A stretch of DNA of 64,000 nt from Takakia lepidozioides (taxonomy: Eukaryota > Plantae > Bryophyta): assembly GCA_030704615.1 (NCBI GenBank), contig CM060733.1:72726001-72790000 (forward strand), read 5' to 3'. Made by a program: the position numbers and the translations under genes. The number at the start of each line of letters is the position of its first letter. Position 1 is the stretch's first letter. The notes under the pieces are model-generated. The model did not search any database, was not told the DNA's origin, and saw only the letters and a program-made list of their open reading frames with translations. Shown here piece after piece: positions 59,801 to 64,000 of this stretch.

Positions 59801-62800
59801 TCCTTTCTTGTGCATTAAGTATGCCCGAACTAAGGATTATTTGAGCAATGATTGGGCCAGACACTATGATAGGAGATTTTGCGGTAGTACTTTGTAATCT
59901 TTTCATCTCCTCTACCAGTGCGTTGTACATTATGTCCGCCCATAGTACCTCTTGTCCCTTCAAGCCTTTGAGGATTTCCTCTGTGAAGGATTTGCTCAAA
60001 TATTGTTGGTTCTGTTTCAGGGCAATCAGAACGTTCAATACTTGGCTTATGTCTTTTAACCCTGGGTACACAGCTTTGGTACAAGCATAACCCTGAGTTT
60101 TAAAGAAACTCCCTTCTTGGAATAAATCCCCTATTTGCAGTCTTTCCCTGTGTTCTTCCACATACACATGACCTGCTGGCAATTGAAACAATTGCTGGAG
60201 GTATAGGGGAGTAATCATTAATTCAACTCCCTTCACCGTTGTTGTTCCTGTCTTTGGCTCAAAGTTCTGCAAAAATTGTAACATGTACTGTCTATGGTGT
60301 AGTGTCCAATCCTTGCTTTGCAATCCTTCCAATCTCAGCTCCTTCAGTATCTTTGTCGCCTGTGGGGTAGCCATCGTTTGTTTCTGCAGAATGGTGGTGC
60401 TCTTCACCCTGATTTCCTCCATTCCTCTCACTCTCTTCATCTTAGACTCACCGAACTGCTTTGGCTGTAACAACTGCAGGAGTGCCTGTAGTGCACAAAG
60501 CAGAAACGTATGGTTGCCGCAGAAAGCTATGGGTAACTTCTTGTAAGCCTGCGGGGCTTGCAAGCATTGTTCAAGAGAAAAGCTCTGCTCTTTCGTTTCG
60601 TGTCTCTGCCACTGCGTAAGTAATATTGCGAGCGTAATGTCTGTTAGTTCCTCCATAGTTTCCAAGTTATAGCATTTATGGCCTGTCCTGTCGAGACGCC
60701 CGTTACTCTGAACGACGCCGCCTCTTGCGCTCAATTTCCCTCCATTTTCTTGATCATTTTTCTGGTTTTCTATTGGCTGTGGCCGCTGTGACTGGATTTT
60801 AACTTTTATCTTCTTTAGTGGACTTTCCCTGTTGGATAGTCCACTAGGATCACACATGCGACATGAATTCGGCTTTTCTGTACTTGCCGTTCGTTCTGTT
60901 TCCCTTTTTCCGTAATCATTAATGGGTCCGCCTTTCATCCCTTTTGACGGCCGTTCTTGTCCTCTTTCTTTTTGACACCTGTCCTTGCACTTCATTCTCT
61001 GCTGTGTGTCGCACCCTGACCTCCACGTGTCTATTTTTAAATTAATTTCCGTTTCTTCTTCCTTCAGCCATTTTACTGAAGTTTTTATGTGTCCACTTGT
61101 CACTGATTCTATGGATCGTGTAACTTTAGTAGGCTGTCTTGAGCTGTGATAGGCTGTGTTGCACTGTGGTAAGCTGTGATAGGCTGTGACACGCTGCGGT
61201 AGGTTGTGATAGGCTGTGTCACGCCTTGCTGGGTTGTAGTTGGCTGTGTCACGTCGTGACGGGCTGTGATAGGCTGTGTCACGTCGTGACGGGCTGTGGT
61301 AGGCTGTGTTACGCCTTGCTGGGCTGTGGTTGGCTGTGTCACGTCGTGATGGGCTGTGATAGGCTGTGTCACGCCTTGATGGGCTGTGATAGGCTGTGTC
61401 ACGTTTGTTTTGCCCACCCCGGTCATATATACTGGGCCTAGCGACAAGTGTTCCATACTCCGTTCGTAACACTGGTGCAGCCCGTGACTGCTCTTGCGGT
61501 TCAACATGCAAATCATGTTGCAGGGGTTTGTCATGGATACCACTGTACCCCTTCAACTTATTTGCATTGACTCTTCCCAGCATTTCCTTGTTAATGGTTT
61601 GTAACATGGCTGTGTTGTTATCATACATCTTTTGTATGACATAAGGTCCTTTCCATGGTGATTTAAGCTTAGAAGCTTGAATCTTTCCTTTCTTCTGCAA
61701 CCATAAAACCAAATCCCCCGTCTTAAAAGTCTTTAATTTGCCTTTATCAAACTGTTCCTTTCGCTTCATCTGAATTCTGGTCATATTATCAGCTGCATCA
61801 GCACGTACTTCTTCCACATGGTATAATTCATGTTTCCTGACCTTGATGGAGTCTTGCAATTCCATTCTTTTTCCCCACTCTGTTCTCATGGTAGGTAACA
61901 GGAATTCCACTGGAAGTAAGGCTTCCATACCATAAACTAATTGGAATGGTGTATACTTAGTGGTGACTTTATATGAAGTCCTGTATGACCACAAAGCTGT
62001 CAGCAGCTTTGTATCCCAATCCGTTCTGTTTGCATTGACTATCTTAGCCAAGATAGTACATAGTATTTTGTTGGTAGCCTCTGCCTGTCCATTACCCTGT
62101 GGGTAATATGTTGTACTCTTTCTATGCACAATCATAAACTCTTTAGTCAATAACTCAATGGTCTCATTCATGAAGTGACTTCCTTGATCACTGATAAATT
62201 CTAAGGGACATCCAAATCGTGTAAGTATGTTCTCGTACAGGAACCTTGCTGTGGACTTGGCTGTGTTGTCCCTCAAAGCTTTAGCTTCCACCCACTTTGT
62301 AGTATAATCAGTGGCTGTAATTATGTACCTGTTTCGTGTATTCTTGGATGGTGGATTAATTGGTCCAACAAAGTCTAGTCCCCATTTCTGAAATGGTTCC
62401 GTAGGCATTGTAGGATGCAAGGCCATTCTTCCAGATCTCTGCAAAGGTCCTAGCCTCTGACATTCATCACACTTCTGACAATACTCATGTACATCTTTGA
62501 ACAACGTAGGCCACCAGTATCCTGCGAGTAGTATCTTTCTACTGGTAGTCTCTTCTCCAAAATGACCTCCAGCCACTCCTTTATGAACTTCCTCCAAGAC
62601 TTTATTTACTTCATGGTGGTACAAGCATCGTTTTAGTACTCCATCAGGTCCTAACTTATACATTCTGCTTCCTACCATAGTATAAGGTAAAGCTCTGATA
62701 GCAATTCTTTTCCTTTGCTCCTTACCATAACTAGGTGGGCACTGACCATGAGCAAGGTAGTATCTGATTGGCCATTGCCAATCTAACCATTCATCTGCAC

Positions 62801-64000
62801 TTCCTTGCACCTCCATTACAAATAAACTCGCATCAGGTAACTGATCGTCCACTCCTGTGGCGGCCTCTCCTGTTGTTAGTCGTGACAAATGATCTGCCAC
62901 AAGATGCAAACGGCCAGGCTTGTAAATAACCTCGAACTCAAACTCATGCAAGATTATTAACCACCTCGCTATCCTTCCACTTATCAAAGGTTTGTTCACC
63001 AGATATATCAGAGCCTGGTGATCCACATAAAACATAAACTTTCTTCCCAATAGGTAATGCCTGAATTTCTTCACTGCATAGATCATTGCCAATGCTTCTC
63101 TTTCCGTTGTGCTATAGTTCCTCTCAGCACTGTTCATCAACCGGCTAGCATAGTACACAGGTGAATCTATATTCCCTGTAACATTCTGGGCTAACACCGC
63201 TCCCAATGCTTCTCCTGATGCATCGCAGTGAACATGAAATACTACATGCCAGTGAGGGTTAATCAGCACAGGTGTAGTTGTTACTGACAGTGTAAGTTCC
63301 TCAAACGCCTGTTGACATTCAGCTGTCCATGCAAACACTGCATCTTTCTTCAGAAGCTTGCTCAATGGTGCTGCTATTTGTGCATACCTTTTGACAAATC
63401 TTCTGTAATAACTGGTTTGCCCAAGGAATCTCCTTAAACTCTTAACATTCACTGGTGGTGGAGAGACTTTAATGGACTCTGTCTTCCTGGGATCCACAAG
63501 AAGTCCCTTCTTACACACTATGTGTCCCAGAAGCACCCCTGAGTTCACACAGAAAGTACACTTCTCTGGATTCAAGCCCAGACCTCTCATCCTGCATCTG
63601 GCCAGGCATAACTCCAATTTATGCAAGTGCTCATTCTTAGAGCTGTACACACTGAAATCATCCAAAAACACCTGCATGAAATCATCCAGATACTCTTGAA
63701 AAGATTCACTTATCACTCTCTGAAAGGTCGCTGGTGCATTACAAAGTCCAAAGGGCATGACTTTGTATGCATAAGCCCCCCAGTCTGTGATGAAAGCTGT
63801 TTTCCCTTGGTCTTCTTCTGCCACTTGCACTTGATTATAACCACTGAAGCCATCCATGAATGAGTACATCTCATGGCCTGCCACAGTGTCTAATACTGCT
63901 TCTGTGAATGGCAAAGGGAAAGGATCTTTCTTCGTACAAGCATTCAGCTTCTTATAGTTCACACATACTCTTAGTTTGCCATTCTTCTTGGGAACTATAA
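56892..64000 (-). CDS. pol: Non-chromo (Tat/Athila-like) Gypsy pol: RT, RNase H and integrase fused in frame to a ~1500-aa extension (5' end outside the window)
   Basis: DPFPLPF, DGFSGYNQ, MPFGLCNAP, FLDD, HCDAS, TEREAL, H..GGH..CDECQ, WGLDF, SDQG, GQAE, WKGPY. No stop for at least 2356 codons. Confidence 0.95.
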   Translation of the reverse strand, partial: IVPKKNGKLRVCVNYKKLNACTKKDPFPLPFTEAVLDTVAGHEMYSFMDGFSGYNQVQVAEEDQGKTAFITDWGAYAYKVMPFGLCNAPATFQRVISESFQEYLDDFMQVFLDDFSVYSSKNEHLHKLELCLARCRMRGLGLNPEKCTFCVNSGVLLGHIVCKKGLLVDPRKTESIKVSPPPVNVKSLRRFLGQTSYYRRFVKRYAQIAAPLSKLLKKDAVFAWTAECQQAFEELTLSVTTTPVLINPHWHVVFHVHCDASGEALGAVLAQNVTGNIDSPVYYASRLMNSAERNYSTTEREALAMIYAVKKFRHYLLGRKFMFYVDHQALIYLVNKPLISGRIARWLIILHEFEFEVIYKPGRLHLVADHLSRLTTGEAATGVDDQLPDASLFVMEVQGSADEWLDWQWPIRYYLAHGQCPPSYGKEQRKRIAIRALPYTMVGSRMYKLGPDGVLKRCLYHHEVNKVLEEVHKGVAGGHFGEETTSRKILLAGYWWPTLFKDVHEYCQKCDECQRLGPLQRSGRMALHPTMPTEPFQKWGLDFVGPINPPSKNTRNRYIITATDYTTKWVEAKALRDNTAKSTARFLYENILTRFGCPLEFISDQGSHFMNETIELLTKEFMIVHRKSTTYYPQGNGQAEATNKILCTILAKIVNANRTDWDTKLLTALWSYRTSYKVTTKYTPFQLVYGMEALLPVEFLLPTMRTEWGKRMELQDSIKVRKHELYHVEEVRADAADNMTRIQMKRKEQFDKGKLKTFKTGDLVLWLQKKGKIQASKLKSPWKGPYVIQKMYDNNTAMLQTINKEMLGRVNANKLKGYSGIHDKPLQHDLHVEPQEQSRAAPVLRTEYGTLVARPSIYDRGGQNKRDTAYHSPSRRDTAYHSPSRRDTANHSPARRNTAYHSPSRRDTAYHSPSRRDTANYNPARRDTAYHNLPQRVTAYHSLPQCNTAYHSSRQPTKVTRSIESVTSGHIKTSVKWLKEEETEINLKIDTWRSGCDTQQRMKCKDRCQKERGQERPSKGMKGGPINDYGKRETERTASTEKPNSCRMCDPSGLSNRESPLKKIKVKIQSQRPQPIENQKNDQENGGKLSARGGVVQSNGRLDRTGHKCYNLETMEELTDITLAILLTQWQRHETKEQSFSLEQCLQAPQAYKKLPIAFCGNHTFLLCALQALLQLLQPKQFGESKMKRVRGMEEIRVKSTTILQKQTMATPQATKILKELRLEGLQSKDWTLHHRQYMLQFLQNFEPKTGTTTVKGVELMITPLYLQQLFQLPAGHVYVEEHRERLQIGDLFQEGSFFKTQGYACTKAVYPGLKDISQVLNVLIALKQNQQYLSKSFTEEILKGLKGQEVLWADIMYNALVEEMKRLQSTTAKSPIIVSGPIIAQIILSSGILNAQERKEMGVFEPETTAMEEQGSSHSEGGLAAQPETKRQRRGKTVVADPLASRIPHDNVSQAHNQEGAQQHKRMLLLEAGPSEREEEVTSASQPTQPLERLVTRSQVIHAAQTEIIDLESEGIEIPTTEQIVAEIEKGDLLYEYSGLVKETEIPEVQQLPKGNPEVHIMHTSVLEVPQAEGHDTVAPVMNEVVQEENPVGQWSEWLVRHHTVEDREEQQQPHHDDPQQEMLMSSIGRTLNLLGTYVKTHVPITQLTALKEELRKEFEARLATECANKVDEEVTLKMKQDLANTEMALQLAKQQLIEAGLAQDQLHEAHKQQLYQMQVQHESKLQELNALHTELQRVHNRMAIQCATITTMLDQSTKEINSQAEKCTKAEEENAEHMKLIVDMKNTICRNEDTLKQYRQMEAENEKYIVELQQNIVANRNEISISNKASKEANNLLVAYAQLVEPQAKRMKDLQQQLELYKLREEQTLRGTTSSLVDNSLMQVWLAQGPVEGKAPRKLTQSEMNELRLQVQNIATTTIDNVYSRIAELQEDVDGLQTQVEDLTSNIDQRVYIPREQLMASYLKARTLAFQSSQEVQEMPMVQEPLPPPPQQVSVPVTEPVVTTTTPQPPQPEVWGNAAFNPPKTPAAREYSRAMIMPFNQIPFMLDLAWKEFSPPQSFAHYYQIMRIWLPVATRTKVLPNNRHIEDHHFAQYWHEAGTMLRELVAFQVVHGLIYTKTKEIASIVMGCGLYYAACFLIRYHIEQQKMQARFQSYSSGDHWVLPSVPPHMYLYDPKVMIQKDSQIRSWFQAACNNLSTQKFGLDDIFYKGHIAWKYLHAAPVIGTPLIWTDKELSVYTNFAVQRLHQVVKCKLPDMVGQHCMPQMIPQKVRKLKHLRGDDDSDTTGSSQNSFDMGEDYTIQMEAKKQRGSPLPERLPRYQPPEGLTYPGSNQPSPSTRDRPRARTHSPPRNSQRQSDHSQRFATRKQ
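61130..61400 (-). repeat. 30-bp coding minisatellite (RRDTAYHSPS-type repeats) after the integrase
   Basis: About 9 units of GGGCTGTGATAGGCTGTGTCACG...; shares the GGCTGTG core with the LTR minisatellite. Confidence 0.9.

Overview
This is transposon-dense eukaryotic DNA, most likely from a land plant. Evidence: PLS-type PPR, LYK3-like kinase and RabA4 fragments, CACTA, MULE, Gypsy and LINE elements, and GT-AG introns. Two different transposons each carry a DNA methyltransferase. (1) At 1-~7.5 kb (minus strand) a Ty3/Gypsy element has a motif-complete DNMT3/DRM-like C5-cytosine methyltransferase inside pol, between protease and RT. (2) At 14678-29356 there is a complete 14.7-kb Mutator-like (MULE) element with TIRs and a perfect 10-bp target-site duplication. 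It encodes a GCM-DDE-SWIM transposase and, divergently, a spliced gene fusing a ParB/Srx-like domain (DGNHR) to a beta-class N4/N6-type DNA methyltransferase fold. Its non-coding DNA holds dozens of copies of a 22-bp palindrome (GGAAATGCGG-NN-CCGCATTTCC) spaced at near-integral helical turns. Partial copies of two related lineages carry the same gene (33.9-34.9 kb; 43.2-46.8 kb and 55.1-55.9 kb), and one has a different motif expanded in the orthologous intron. This suggests a self-targeting protein/site system reminiscent of VANDAL/VANC, possibly built from a prokaryote-like ParB-MTase. The rest is a CACTA 3' half, a LINE 5' part, a second MULE fragment, a chromovirus integrase, host-gene fragments and a Tat/Athila-like Gypsy whose pol runs in frame into a ~1500-aa extension. 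Domain calls come from motif recognition by eye; no searches were run.
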